Shown here: one piece after another, positions 1 to 12,388 of the stretch
Layout of the letters: the number at the start of each line of letters is the position of its first letter
Position numbering within the stretch: the stretch's first letter is position 1
NCBI GenBank assembly: GCA_965113315.1
Contig: OZ220364.1
Length of the DNA stretch: 64,000 bases
Strand: one strand, 5' to 3'
From: Podarcis vaucheri
Taxonomy: Eukaryota
Program-made: the position numbers and the translations under genes
The notes under the pieces: model-generated
What the model was told of the DNA's origin: nothing
The model's input: the letters and a program-made list of their open reading frames with translations, nothing else
The model's database searches: none

Positions 1-103
1 TCAAGTCGTGGTTGTAGCTGGGCTGTGGGGAGTGAGCAAACCCAACACCAGCCTCCCAGATGTACTCACAGCTGTCAATTGCATGGATATCCTCAGCTGT
101 GTC
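1..103 (-). CDS. HID1: HID1 coding exon 5 (cut by window edge)
   Basis: Minus strand reads DTAEDIHAIDSCEYIWEAGVGFAHSPQPSYNHDL, matching vertebrate HID1. CAG acceptor at 104-106 with pyrimidine tract; phase 0 joins exon 4. Confidence 0.95.
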
Positions 104-3100
104 CTGGAAAAGAAGTCAGGAGATGAAAGATAAATACTCATGCAAACCGGAAGTGGGATTTACTTTGTCTTTTTACTAGCAGAGGCTCCTGCTGAATCTT
201 CCAGCTGAATGAATGGCCAGGATAACCAAGATCAGGGTAAATACCTCCTTATGCCAAGGATCTCTTGTATATAGATTAAGAGGATCTGAGAGTTTCAAGC
301 AGCAGAGAAGCGAGATAGGGCTACTAGGGATAGACCAATCAGTCTATTTCCAGTCGGTGCTGATTTACTGTGTGTTTATTCAGAAGTCTGTTGTCTGCCC
401 TTTTCCAAAGTTTTTAAAATCCATACAAAAGCATTATGAATTCAGATACATAATTAAATACATATTTATCACAAAATAGGTGTTTAAATACACCTATTTT
501 GGTGTATTCAACTAATGAGTCCCATCAGGAGACACCTGCACAAGGACTTCCACTTGTGCAATAGGGCTTCGCCTCTTTCTTCCCTCCCATGCCCTTCAAA
601 ATTGGCTCGGGGAGGTGGGAGTTGGGAGAACCCCAAAAACAACACATGGAAGGAGAGTGGGGTGTCGTTCTATCTGGCAAGCTGAAATGTTTGCATCGAC
701 AGAACAACTGTAATAGCCCAAGGTTGAATTCCTCCCACAGTTTATGCCAGTGAGTGAACTTCTAATCATCTTTTATCCTAAAACACATGTTAACAAATGT
801 TGGTACGTTTTTGAGCCAAGAACCGTATTGCAAAACTTGGAGAAGCACGAAATCCAAAACATAGTCATGTTCCAATCTGCATATTAGCCCAGCAAGACGT
901 AAGTGAAGCCACTTAAAAATGCAGAACAAACAAAATTCACTTCCGGCCTTGAATGCCACACATCGCAACACACAGCCATATTATGTTTGGTTGTTTGTAG
1001 GAACTGGTGGTGTTTGCATTTATATTAGTTTACAATTTAGAGAGGCAGAGTTATGACAAGGTTGTTCCATTAGTGCCACATGGCTTCCTTTCCCCATGTG
1101 CCCCTGGCACCCACAATCACACCCACAAAGGAGATGAGGGGGGCACAGGGGTGTGTGGTGAGAAAAGAGGAAGCCGTATTGTGCAGGTGGAAGTCCTTGT
1201 GCTAATGGAATGACTCCGCTGAATATAACTGAAAATGTGTGGCTATTTTCAATCTTCTGTTTAAATGAGCACGTCCTGCATCTGGGAAGGTGGCATCTGG
1301 TCCAAAAAAGCTTATGGTACAAGAAATGATGCCAAAAGACTCTATTATTTCTAGTCTTGCATTCTGGACTATCATCCAGGACAAATCAGGTAGTCTCAGA
1401 CATGTTTAGTAGCAAACAGATCCCACAATAGTGTAGTTAGCCACAAATAGCTCTTCTTCTATACAGAAAAGGGCACATTCCAATACTAGTTCATCCATAT
1501 TCTTGCTGCCGCTTTTCAAGGCCAATGAATCATTACTCACATGAAGACCCCCTTCCCACCAGCACACACTGAAAACAGTTATAAATTTAAGAAGCTTTTC
1601 CTTTGTATCCAGCTTTATTAAGGTTGACCACTTTGCCCTTCCTCTTATTTTCCCAGTATTGTTTTTTTGGCAGCAACACGCTCTATTCTGTGCCACAAAC
1701 AAATCACTGGGACCACTTTTATGGAAACAAGCAGCCATTGAATACAGTGGCGTTTTATTTTACTTTTCAGGAGCAGCTGAGGCAAAAGGGGCCTCAGATT
1801 AATGTGCTCAAATTAAGGGCATCTGGCATCATTAAAACAAATCATTCCGGTGCTTTAATTAAGAAAGTTCTATGTTATCCTTTCCCTGGCACACACGGAG
1901 TGGCATTTACAACTCTTGCCCAATGCCTCAGAATTTCCATTATATAATGGTCAACCTCACACATCCCAACACAGAGACAGGACAACAGTTTGAATGGCTG
2001 GAGCGGCAACCAACTCTGCCTGCCTGCTAAGGCACAATCGTGCAGAGCAGCGCCTTCTGTAGAGGAGTACAACTTTTAAGCTCAATCCAACAGCTGCAAT
2101 CTCCCCACGGAGCCAACATTTCACTGAAGGCAAACAATCAAATAAGTTTTGGGGGGTTTTTTGTAAGTCACTCAGGGCTTTTAAAAATCTCTCTCAGACG
2201 TAAGTTCAATCTGCAGCATTAAAAAAAGGAGCATGGCATAAAACGTGTCCAGCGAGCTAAAGGATACTTCTGCCGAGCTAACCTTGTCTCAATTAGAACG
2301 CCAATGAAAGAAGCAAGATGGTGCAATGATCACAATGGCTGAGATGCAGTAATGGGGACAGTGTCAGCAACCCAGTTAAAGGTTCACTCAACAATACCAC
2401 AACACTCTGCCAGCAACACTCCTTGGACAGTCTGTACCAGGCAACTCCAATTTAGTTTTTCCAAGAACAACACAAAACTCATGGAAGAGAAAAGCTTCCT
2501 AATTTGACAGAACAGGCCAAATAGTCCGACTCTGTTTACATCACTTGCTCCTCAGCAGCTTGAAAGCATCATGCAGTGGTAGTGGGGAAGAGAGGCAGAA
2601 GGATCATGTGGTGCTCCCGAACCCCTACAACCAACTTGGTTTTGAATCCAGTGTAGATTCCTTAACACAATAACTGGTGCTAGCCTTTGCAGGGTGCTAT
2701 AGCTGAGGATGGAGGGCAATTCATCCCATATGCATTTTAAGCAAATAGCACAAATGTGCGCTGGTAAGAAAATAACTGTATATTTAAATTTGCACTTCTA
2801 TGAATTTCATGACCTAGTTCTTGGATCAAAAAGTATATGAAATTTGTAAAAAGCATAATTTGGAGTAAAAAAACCCCATTTAGAAATGTACTTATTATAT
2901 TTTGGTAGTCTATAAATAAATAAATAAATAAATCACAGATTAATGAGTAAATACAATGGATTTATGAATGTATGCGAGACTGTCATGTTAAACTGATTCA
3001 CCCATATCTAGTTACATCAGGTGTTCAGAGGCTAGCCATGTAGAAAACTATTTTCAAGCACACCCCACCAAATAGGAAGGCACAGGGGGTAGATTCAGCA

Positions 3101-3871
3101 TTAGTCACACTAATTTTCCCATACATGAGTCACTATTCTGCCGTCAACAGCTCTTCAATATTGCTGGAGGCCCTTAGAATGACGCACTATGATAAGAGTG
3201 ATTTCTACTCAACACGCAGAGGTCTGTGCAAGAACCCTTGCCATCAAAAGAAGCCACAGGCTACACATATTGTACCAAGGCTCTTCCACAGAGTCGAAAG
3301 GCACCCGTCCATTTTCATTTTTAAAAAGTCCTTGCTAATAGTATTTAATTATTGCATATTATGCATGCCTGTTACCAAATAGCCTTAAGATGAATTACTA
3401 CTTAAACATGCTAAAATATGACAAAGGAAAGAAAGGAAAAGGAAAGACATGTAAAAACAAGCTTTTGGAGATTATTGCAGTGTGCCAAAGGATCAGAAAC
3501 CGAAAGGTAATTTAAAATAAATAGATATCTGAAAGATTCAGAATTATGATTTTTATGGGTTCATCAAATTTTGGGTCATCAGTCTAATGTTAAATGCACT
3601 ACGTTCACCATGCTACCTGCAAATGGAATACAAACTCATGGAGAAGCATACTGTGCCCTACATCCAACACAGAGTTAGGCAAACCTGTTGCGTAAGCATG
3701 CCTAGGTGTGCTGAATTGGGGCCTATAGGTGTGGATATTTTCTGTTAACATTCTAAGCAGGGCTTTATTCAAAACTCACAGTGCAATCCTAATCATGACT
3801 ACAGTACTAAGTATTATTGAGCTGCAACCGTAACCTGTCAGGATAGAACAAAATCAAATTATTGAACTCAC

Positions 3872-3985
3872 CACATTGTTTTTTCGGTGGCTCTGGACAG
3901 TGAATTCTGGACAAAAGAGCAAATCCGCAATGGCCAGAAGCAGCGACTCAGCGAGAGGCCTAGCATTTTCATCATCTTCATCTCC
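3872..3985 (-). CDS. HID1: HID1 coding exon 4 (114 nt)
   Basis: GDEDDENARPLAESLLLAIADLLFCPEFTVQSHRKNNV. CAG acceptor 3986-3988, GTGAG donor 3867-3871. Confidence 0.95.
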
Positions 3986-4206
3986 CTGCCAATCAAAGGA
4001 TAAGTCACAGCATACTCGATCTGATCTTGACACTGACTGCAAAGCAACATTACTTAGTTCACCTAGCTTCCTTTGGAAGCACACAAGACATGTGTGTTGG
4101 AATAGGTTCTACCAAGAGTCACTGGTGCAGGATTCAGAAAAAACCAAAACTATGGAGGAGGAAAAAATGCAACAGAGGCAAACTCTAAAAGAGGCAGTGC
4201 TACTGA

Positions 4207-4592
4207 GGGAGAGGGTGCCAATGTGGTCTAAACCACAGAGCCTCTTGGGCTTGCCGATTAGAAGATCGGTGGTTCGATTTCCTGAGACGGGCTGAGCTCC
4301 TGTTGCTCTGTTCCAGTTTCTGTCCACCTAGCAGCTTGAAAGCACACCTGTGCAAGTAAATAAATAGTTACCGCTGCTGCGGAAAGGTAAACGGCGTTTC
4401 CGTGCGCTCTGGCTTCCGTCACGGTGTTCCGTTGTGCCAGAAGCGGTTTAATCATACTGGCCACATGACCTAGAAAGCTATCTGTAGACAAACGCCAGCT
4501 CCCTCAACTGGAAAGCGAGATAAAGTGCTGCACCCAATAGTCACCTTTGACTGGACTTATCCGTTCAGGGGTCCTTTACCTTTTCCTACCTT
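4207..4592 (+). mobile_element. Sauria SINE (Squam1 type), older diverged copy
   Basis: tRNA-like head with GGTTCGA box, core gtgcaagtaaataaatag, (ACCTTT)-type tail, TSD tactga (4201-4206 / 4593-4598). Confidence 0.9.
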
Positions 4593-5214
4593 TACTGAGC
4601 TATGTGAAGAAACATGTTTATTTTTATTTAGAACCAGGCCTATTTCTATGGGTAAGGGCTGTGAACACAGTATATTTATAGGATAAACATAAGGAGTAGG
4701 ACACAGCTTTTTCCACGTTCTAGCTGAGGAAGCAAGTCTAAGCACTAACATTTTTTCTTGGGACCACCCAATGGCAGCCTGACCAAGGTAGGAATTGAAA
4801 CAAAGGGTTTATTTATATATCGTCCACAGCTTTCTCTCAAATTACATTTTACCTATCTGCAGTTTCTGAGCACCTTTGCTCTGCAGACCACATGAAGCAT
4901 GTTACTGTGTCCAGAAGCAGCTTTGTGCTGCTGCTCTTCCCTTTGTGTTTTTAGTTTTCTAAATAAGTTCACATGTACAAGTTTCCATGTAACTAAAACT
5001 CAGGATGAAATATAAAGTTGTCTTAGAACTGGAAAGTGCACCTTATCAGTTTGTTTGTTTTTAATGATGGGATTACACAAGCACAGCCAAATACTCCTGG
5101 ATACTTCAGCCAGATACTCCTGACTGAGTTATTTAACTGGAAATAAAAGTCGGGGGGGGGGGATGTAACAGGCAAATTAAATTTTTAACAAGAATGATTG
5201 TTATTAAAACCACA

Positions 5215-5425
5215 CAATGGTCAGGTGTGGTTAAGAGCAAATGGTAGAATGTGGTTGTGGCTACCAGCCATAATAGCTGAAAATGGCGACTCCATGTTTA
5301 GAAGCAAGTCACCCCAATGAAGGGGTTGCTATCTTCATCATGCCGTACTTGTAAGCTTCCCAGGGGCATCCAGCTAGCCACTTTTGGAAACAAAATGCTG
5401 AGCTACTTTAGCTGCCTAACACGCC
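5215..5425 (+). mobile_element. Degenerate CR1 3' end
   Basis: Reverse-complement similarity to 21685-21900 (ggctaccagccat; ggcatccagctagccact...atgctgagcta). Confidence 0.5.
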
Positions 5426-6645
5426 AATGCTTATGTCTTAGCACAAGCTATGCATATGAAGAAAAAGTAGCATTCGTGCAGCCCATGATCTCCATCATAA
5501 TTGCAAAACCTACTGATGCATTATCTATAATTATTATAAATATCTTCCCCACATAGAAAATATAGGGCTTTCGCTCAGTGGAACACAATATATCCCAAAG
5601 TATCACACAAAAGTACAAAGTTAATGCAGACTATGCATTGCCAAAAAAATGGCTGCAAATGAGCCCAAATGTCCTTGGTCAAATAATTTAACATCAGGGC
5701 CACTTTGGCTTCAAATACATTACTGTATTCTAGAATCTAGTCATTGCATGAGCAGACCTTAAACAGAAGCATATAGTTCTTATGTTGCTGAATGATCTGT
5801 GAGAAATGTGTTATAGAGGCAGGCGGTTATTCAGCAAGGAGATGCTCTTAGTTTTGCTGGGGCAAAGCAAGTCTCTTACTTCAGCAGCCCAAGTGCTTCC
5901 AGGCATCCAAATCAAGCCCTATTCTTCTATCTCAGTGCTGGTGCTTCGCTTCAGTCACAAGTCTGCAGCTGTTTCCAAGGGAACCATACATCCCCTCTGC
6001 AGGCCTGTAGCACTGCCACTCAAAGCTCATCCTGGATCTCATACTCTCCTCCAGCGGAGGGGGAGGGACAGGGGCTTATCTGTGACAGCCAGGCCTGTAT
6101 CAGCCTGTGCATGACACAGAGCCCTTCACTCATGGCAAGCAGGCTAGACTACAATAATGACCTGCATTGATCCAACCTTGTCTAGTACCATAACGGGGCA
6201 ACCAATAAAAGCACACTAAGTGCAGAAATAGAAAACAAAAGAGATGAAAACCGGCTAGCTGCCCTTCCATTCAGCTTTGAAATCAGAGAAGGAAAAATAG
6301 TCTCTAAGAATCTTAAGGGCAAAAGCATCAAATCGATTAATCACAGACATCTGTTATTGTTAATATGGGATGGCTTTAACACAGAGCCATGGCCTTCAGT
6401 GTAGCATACAATGCACAGCTCTTGAGGTAAGCACCAATTACAATCTCCAGCTTAAGCTCCACTGAAATGAATAGGCAGAATTATACTATCACAGTTGTGC
6501 TCTTATAACTCCTGCTCCTTTTAACGGGTCTAGCCTAGAAGAAACTCCTGAAAAAGAACAGAGCCCATAAATTGACCCCCATAAATTATTTGATGTTATT
6601 TAGTCAACAAAAACATTTTCATACATATTCCCAATATTTCAACTA

Positions 6646-6898
6646 CAGTCAAACCTCAGGTTACAGACACTTCGGGTTGTGTGTTTTCGAATTGTGCACC
6701 GCGCCGAACCCAGAAGTACTGGAACAGGTTACTTCCGGGTTTCGGCAATCGCGCTTTGCGCATGCACATAAGCACCGAATTGTAACCCGAGCGTGCACAG
6801 ACGCGACACTGCGGGTTGCGAATGCTGCGGGTTGCGAACGCTGTGGGTTGCGAACGTGCCTCCTGCACGGATCACGTTCGCAACCCAAGCGTCCACTG
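6646..6898. mobile_element. Tc1/mariner (Tigger/pogo-like) MITE
   Basis: TA|CAGT...ACTG|TA ends, imperfect ~23-bp TIRs, internal repeats of GGGTTGCGAA. Confidence 0.85.
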
Positions 6899-8577
6899 TA
6901 TTGCATTTGACCAATTTAATAATTTAAAATGTTATTGGAAAGTCAACACATTTAAACAGCTTGGCAGTCTGTAGGAGGATGAACTATAGTAAAGCAAAAT
7001 GAGGCAAGAAAGCACCACTATGCTGTACACAGGCTGTAATTGGCAGTGGGGACTATTTTTAAGCAAGTCCTTCTGCAGATATGGTGTGGAAACAGATTTC
7101 CGTGGCATTCTCAGTTTAACAATTTGCAAAAACAAAAATCCCACCAACAACTCAAAAACACACATAAAATGGTTTCATCCTGTGTTGCTTATGGGTACAA
7201 AACTGCAGTTTGTAAAACAAAACGAAAATGTTCCAAATTCTACGAGCAAAGCCCAAATGAGAAACTAAATCAATAAAACATGCAAAGTGGCTGAATGCTC
7301 AATATTTGGTTGCAAAAATTTCTGTGCTTTGTCAGATTTAAATTCCTTGACAGAAGTTGGGGGTTTAGAGACTAGAATGGCATTATAGAAGTCAAAAGCA
7401 AAGAATTTTTATTACGCATTCGGGGAAAGTGGGCATAAACAACTCAGAAACTGATTGCTTCCAGACAATATGAAGAAGTCCGCCCCACTTAGTGTTGCAT
7501 TGGGGTTAGCCCTCTTCAGTACTTCCTGCACATTTTCCAAGTCCCATTTTCTAAGGCCAATGCAGAGAACACATTTCAAGTGTTCATCACAATTTACACC
7601 CACCACATCCCTATTCCTACAAACACTTGGGCTGCACACATAGTCTTTGAGGAAAGTAAATTAAGAATGCCACCAGCCATCTCCTCAGGAGCAGGAAATG
7701 GGTTTGGATTCAGTCCTTTCACCTCCCCACCCAAACCAAAAAACTGATTTGTGGGATTTTAATACTATTATTTTTTTGAAGGTTCAAAGCAAGGTTTTGG
7801 CATTGATATACACAGCCGTATACAGCTTGGGACCAGGATAACTTGATGTTTCTACATCCCAGCTGATCATATATGTATATATGATCATATGTGTTGTTAT
7901 TGTAAATAACAACAACACCTGGAACTACTGAGAGTATGTCTGAACCCTGAAAACTATTGTGATTGTGGTCGTTGGCTCTGAATAAGCATGACTTGGAACA
8001 AGAGATCAATAGTACAGTCAGTCCTTGCCATTTTTCACTGGCACTGCAGACCAAAATTACTCCTTACCAGGCTATTGCAGATGCTGAGTAAGATGCAAAA
8101 TTCAGCAACGAAAAGCACCTTACGTTGTCCTTCCGAGGACATCATCAGTCTAGGTTCATTTAATTTTCTTTCCTCCCATCCCATTTATAGATAGAATGAA
8201 TTTCAAGACAATTCTTCAACACCGGGTATCGTTTTGAGAATGACCAGCTTTCCCTTGAGATGCCCATGGATGAAAAAATAGTTTAAAAGATACAGGCATG
8301 GACAAAGCCAGGTGCCCGCTTTACCAGTCTTTCCATTATGAGCCTCTAGTCCTCCATTAAATATGTTTCAGTGCTTCATTTAAGAAGGTAGAAATGCTGC
8401 CAGGATCAGAGCAAACCAAGCAACACAGTCCAGGCATGCCTAGGCCTGGGTAAAGTTTTCCTACCTCTAGATAAATATAATTTAGTAGTTAAAATAAATT
8501 AATCATTACACTTTGATTAAGAAGTCCTTCCTCCTTCATCTGTTTGAAAGCAGTAGTACAATTCAATAGATACATAC

Positions 8578-8748
8578 CCCTCCTCGACCTGCTCCGGGAA
8601 CGGTTGACCAGAAAAAGCCTCTCCAGTCGGGATCCTCAAAGATATAGGGTAGGATGCGGGTCAACAGGCGGCTACAGTTCAGGACAATCTGCTTTTCCTT
8701 ATCAGAGTGACAGCCACTCTCAGCTCCCTGCACCAGCTTTTCCACTGC
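8578..8748 (-). CDS. HID1: HID1 coding exon 3 (171 nt)
   Basis: AVEKLVQGAESGCHSDKEKQIVLNCSRLLTRILPYIFEDPDWRGFFWSTVPGAGRGG. CAG acceptor 8749-8751, GTATG donor 8573-8577. Confidence 0.97.
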
Positions 8749-9715
8749 CTGAAACAAATAAGGTAAAGCAAATGACAGGAACTGCTGCCATGCAGACACC
8801 AATTATTGCCACAGATAATTCAAGTTTTCAAATGGCTTACTGCAGCAGCAGCAACATTTAATAAATGCATCATTATTTATTATTAGTGCTGGCCTCTGTT
8901 TGAACGTAATAGGTAACATCCAATGTTTCCATCCCATTAGCACAACAGATTTCCATTCGTTTTACAGAACTTGCCCTTCTAGCCCCTTCCCCCACCCAAA
9001 TTTGCTTTTGGAACAGAGTTCGAGGAGGGGGGAAGCAGAGGAAAGGGAAATACTTTTGTGAGCATTTAAATCTGATCATGCAATGCTGTATGTTACCCAA
9101 TACTGAAATCCATCTGAAAAAGACGTTTTTCTGAGAATGTGATAATTTAGTAAAGGGCGGGGGAGAGAAAGGATTTCAAGACTTAGAAGTGTGTAATCAA
9201 AATCTTACTTTCTTCCTTGATCTTGAAAAATGACTGAAGGTTCCACAGATGAATATGCTGCTCTATGAGAAGTGCTCTTAACAAGTGCCAAGCATAATGG
9301 AAGAGGTGGGAAATGTGGATCCAACTGATTTGTAAAGTGTGGGGAGAGAGCATGCCAGATTTCCAAGATAAATACCTGAGATCAAGTTAATATCAATGTT
9401 TTTCAGGAACAAGGTCACTGACTCCAGTATAACCCTACCAGCAGCAGTCCGTGCCAGCTTCTATTTTTGCAATTATCTGATATTCCCAGATACATTTTTA
9501 GTGGAGGGAGAAAAGCTTTGGTCTGCAGTATGGTATGCATTACTCTTGAAAATGAACTCATATTTGAATTGGAAATGCAAAGTACATTTTGAGGATCAAT
9601 ATGCCACTTCCAGCTCTTGGAGAACTATCAGAAATTGTTTAACATGGCTGCTCACATAGTTTGAATAGCATGTATCCAGCCCAGTGATTTGCAAGGTATG
9701 TAAAGTCATATTAAA

Positions 9716-10069
9716 GGGACGCGAGTGGCACTGTGGGTTAAACCACAGAGCCTAGGACTTGCCGATCAGAAGGTTGGCGGTTCAAATTCCCGTGATGGGG
9801 TGAGCTCCCATTGTTCAGTCCCTGCTCCTGCCAACCTAGCAGTTCGAAAGCACGTCAAAGTGCAAATAGATAAATAGGTACCGCTCCGGCGGGAAGGTAA
9901 ACTGTGTTTCCATGTGCTGCTCTGGTTCGCCAGAAGTGGCTTAGTCATGCTGGCCACAAGACCCGGAAGCTGTACGCCGGCTCCCTCAGCCAATAAAGCG
10001 AGATGAGCGCCGCAACCCCAGAGTCGGTCACGACTGGACCTAATGGTCAGGGGTCCCTTTACTTTACCT
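9716..10069 (+). mobile_element. Sauria SINE, full length
   Basis: GGGACGCG head, conserved body, ACCTTT tail; perfect 15-bp TSD taaagtcatattaaa (9701-9715 / 10070-10084). Confidence 0.95.
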
Positions 10070-10709
10070 TAAAGTCATATTAAACAGAGTGCTCTGCAGG
10101 TAAATACTGCATAGCGGACTAGCAATAGTCCAATCTACAAGTATTGGTGGTACAGTAGATGCAAATAGGTTCCTCTTTCCTCCGTTTACCAAAGAGTAAA
10201 AGAAGAGGGGAAACCTCATACATTAAAAGTATTTTCAATGTCTGAACGACATTCCAGACTAGAGCAGTTGAAGTTCCTATTGCTGAATATGGGAGAACTC
10301 TCCTAGGATGCATCTTAGTGGTATGCAAATATCATAATATTCTACTGTGCCACATACACGTACAGAAAAAAGACAGACCCGCTTGCTTATTTTCTACACC
10401 TGAAAGCAAGAAACTACAAATTTGATGCATATCCCCTGTCCACGACACCCTTGTGCTGTTAAAGTCTTCTCTGTTAGACAGAGAATTACAAATATTCTGC
10501 TATAATGAGTAAGAAAACCTAAACAAGAAGAGATAAAACCAAAGTCTTTAACAACCGCTTCAACTTATAATGCAAGGGATTAAACAAGATGGAATAATAC
10601 AAAGGGCATTTTTATAAATACTGAACTTGCTCTGGGGCACAATTTTCTGAGGTAGGAAGTGATGTTTGTTTATTTAAGGAATGCATTCCCTGCTTTGCAA
10701 TATATGTCT

Positions 10710-10879
10710 NNNNNNNNNNNNNNNNNNNNNNNNNNNNNNNNNNNNNNNNNNNNNNNNNNNNNNNNNNNNNNNNNNNNNNNNNNNNNNNNNNNNNNNNNNN
10801 NNNNNNNNNNNNNNNNNNNNNNNNNNNNNNNNNNNNNNNNNNNNNNNNNNNNNNNNNNNNNNNNNNNNNNNNNNNNNNN
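10710..10879. other. Assembly gap (170 N)
   Basis: Run of N in HID1 intron 2. Confidence 1.
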
Positions 10880-11547
10880 TGGAAATATTACAGCAACATT
10901 CATAGTGCCTGGGCCTCCTGAAATAAAACTGCTTTAACCTGCAAGATGGCCCTCCTTCAGGAGACACAAGCAATTTACTAAAAAAGCAAGTTCTCACTTG
11001 TTTTCCTTTTCACCAGTTTCTAACTTGTTTTCCTTTTCACCAATATCATTCCCTCATCACTACATCATGTTCAGAACTAGAAAAGCATTTCCAGCAGCAT
11101 TTTTTCTAGCCTCTGAGCGATCAGGTACAAGGAGTTTTTCATTCGTGGTAATGATGATGACCATTTCTTTTCCAAAACATTTTAGGGGGAGGCTGGAAGC
11201 GCAGCCACTGCTCTTCAGCAGGCATTTCCTTTTTCTCTGGAGAAAACCTCTGGGACCATCCAAAGGCATTCTAAGGAAAGTGAGGGAAGAAGGCTAGGTG
11301 GCTGAATGCCCAGCACCAAACGTTTAAAAATAGTTCTTAAACCTAATTTAAAAATAATAATAAAAATTGGGAGGGGCAGGGGGTCTCGGTCCAAGAACAC
11401 TATGCTGCCTGCAGACACCACATGGGGGACTCCAGGCTTAAAAGAACAGGAGAGTCCCTATAATGGGATTCAGAGGCATAATTGAGGTCACATCTAGTTT
11501 GACCCTTAGGTCTGCTTTCCTGGGGAGGGTTAGAAAGATGGTATTCT

Positions 11548-11647
11548 GGGACAGCTTAGCCTAGCGGTTACTTCGGAGCAATCTTTGCAGATTCACCAAT
11601 TGCTTAACGGCAGTTCGATACCCTGCAGGCGCTGTCTGGCTTTTTTT
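11548..11647 (+). ncRNA. VTRNA: Vault RNA-like sequence, apparently a retroposed copy (antisense in HID1 intron 2)
   Basis: Box A with vault signature TAGCCTAGCGGTTACTTCG (11557-11575); box B with signature AGTTCGATACCCTGCAGGCGCT (11612-11633); terminal stem GGACAGC/GCTGTCT; T7 at 11641-11647; ~100 nt long; A-rich tail and TSD (11532-11547 / 11698-11713). Confidence 0.88.
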
Positions 11648-11656
11648 AAAAAAGAA

Positions 11657-11704
<48 letters not shown>

Positions 11705-11705
11705 A
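11648..11705 (+). repeat. (GAAA)n microsatellite grown from the A-rich tail
   Basis: A6 followed by about 12 GAAA units directly after the vault-like sequence. Confidence 0.95.
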
Positions 11706-12238
11706 GGTATTCTAAAATTCACCTGGTAAATGTAACTCCTGAGCACACTTAAACTAGCAAAGGTCTGTCTGATTCTTTGATCATATGTACCAAGTATCTA
11801 CAGTTGAAATACATGGGAGCTTTATAGCTGGAATTCAGATTATTGCACTCTTATTCTTGCCTTGCAGGCTACTGCTGTCCAAGACTGATTGCCATAGTTA
11901 ATCCTGTTGAAGTTTAACTACAGCTTTCATGTTTGCCTACCCTGCAGGGTATTGGTGGTTTGATACTATTTCCTCTTCCAGATTACCATAAACCTCAGCT
12001 AACAATGAATCTACTGAAGTATCTTTCTATGCCTTGGTGCTAATTTAGGATTGTTTGGAATTATGGAGTCGTTTCAAAAACTGTACATTCCCTGTGATCA
12101 GGGGTCTCTACTTAAGAGTGACGGACATCTCATTCTGGATTGGTTTACCTTCAGCCAATTGTCCCCCTTTGAATGAGCTAATGTTTGACTAATTGAATTT
12201 CACAGCGGGGACAATACAGGAAGAATAATGCCTTTTAC

Positions 12239-12388
12239 CTTATAACACAAAGTAGCCAAATTTGAAGGAGATTCTTCCCTCACAGCTCTGATTTCTGCAG
12301 CAGGAACAAGAGCAAAAACATCTTGGACTGAAGTAGCTGTATCTGCCCAGAACTGGTCCCAGAACGCATCATCTGTTGCTTCTACAGG
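12239..12388 (-). CDS. HID1: HID1 coding exon 2 (150 nt)
   Basis: PVEATDDAFWDQFWADTATSVQDVFALVPAAEIRAVREESPSNLATLCYK. CAG acceptor 12389-12391, GT donor 12237-12238. Confidence 0.97.

Noticed and set aside
6572-6914. Cluster of overlapping ORFs
   Set aside because: They arise from the CpG-rich MITE at 6646-6898; no transposase motifs.
8124-8149. Possible HID1 microexon (AG...GTAAGG on the minus strand)
   Set aside because: 26 nt would shift the frame, there is no polypyrimidine tract, and exons 3 and 4 already join in frame.
10659-10997. ORFs spanning the N run
   Set aside because: Artefacts of the assembly gap.
10991-11044. 27-bp tandem duplication, and similar short duplications near 5084, 13651, 14430, 28216, 36851, 38486 and 63876
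   Set aside because: Ordinary slippage-type duplications with two or three units and no spacers; not CRISPR-like or otherwise structured.
11548-11647. tRNA gene or tRNA-SINE interpretation of the box A/box B unit
   Set aside because: No D/anticodon/T cloverleaf; the sequences flanking both boxes match vault RNA signatures instead.
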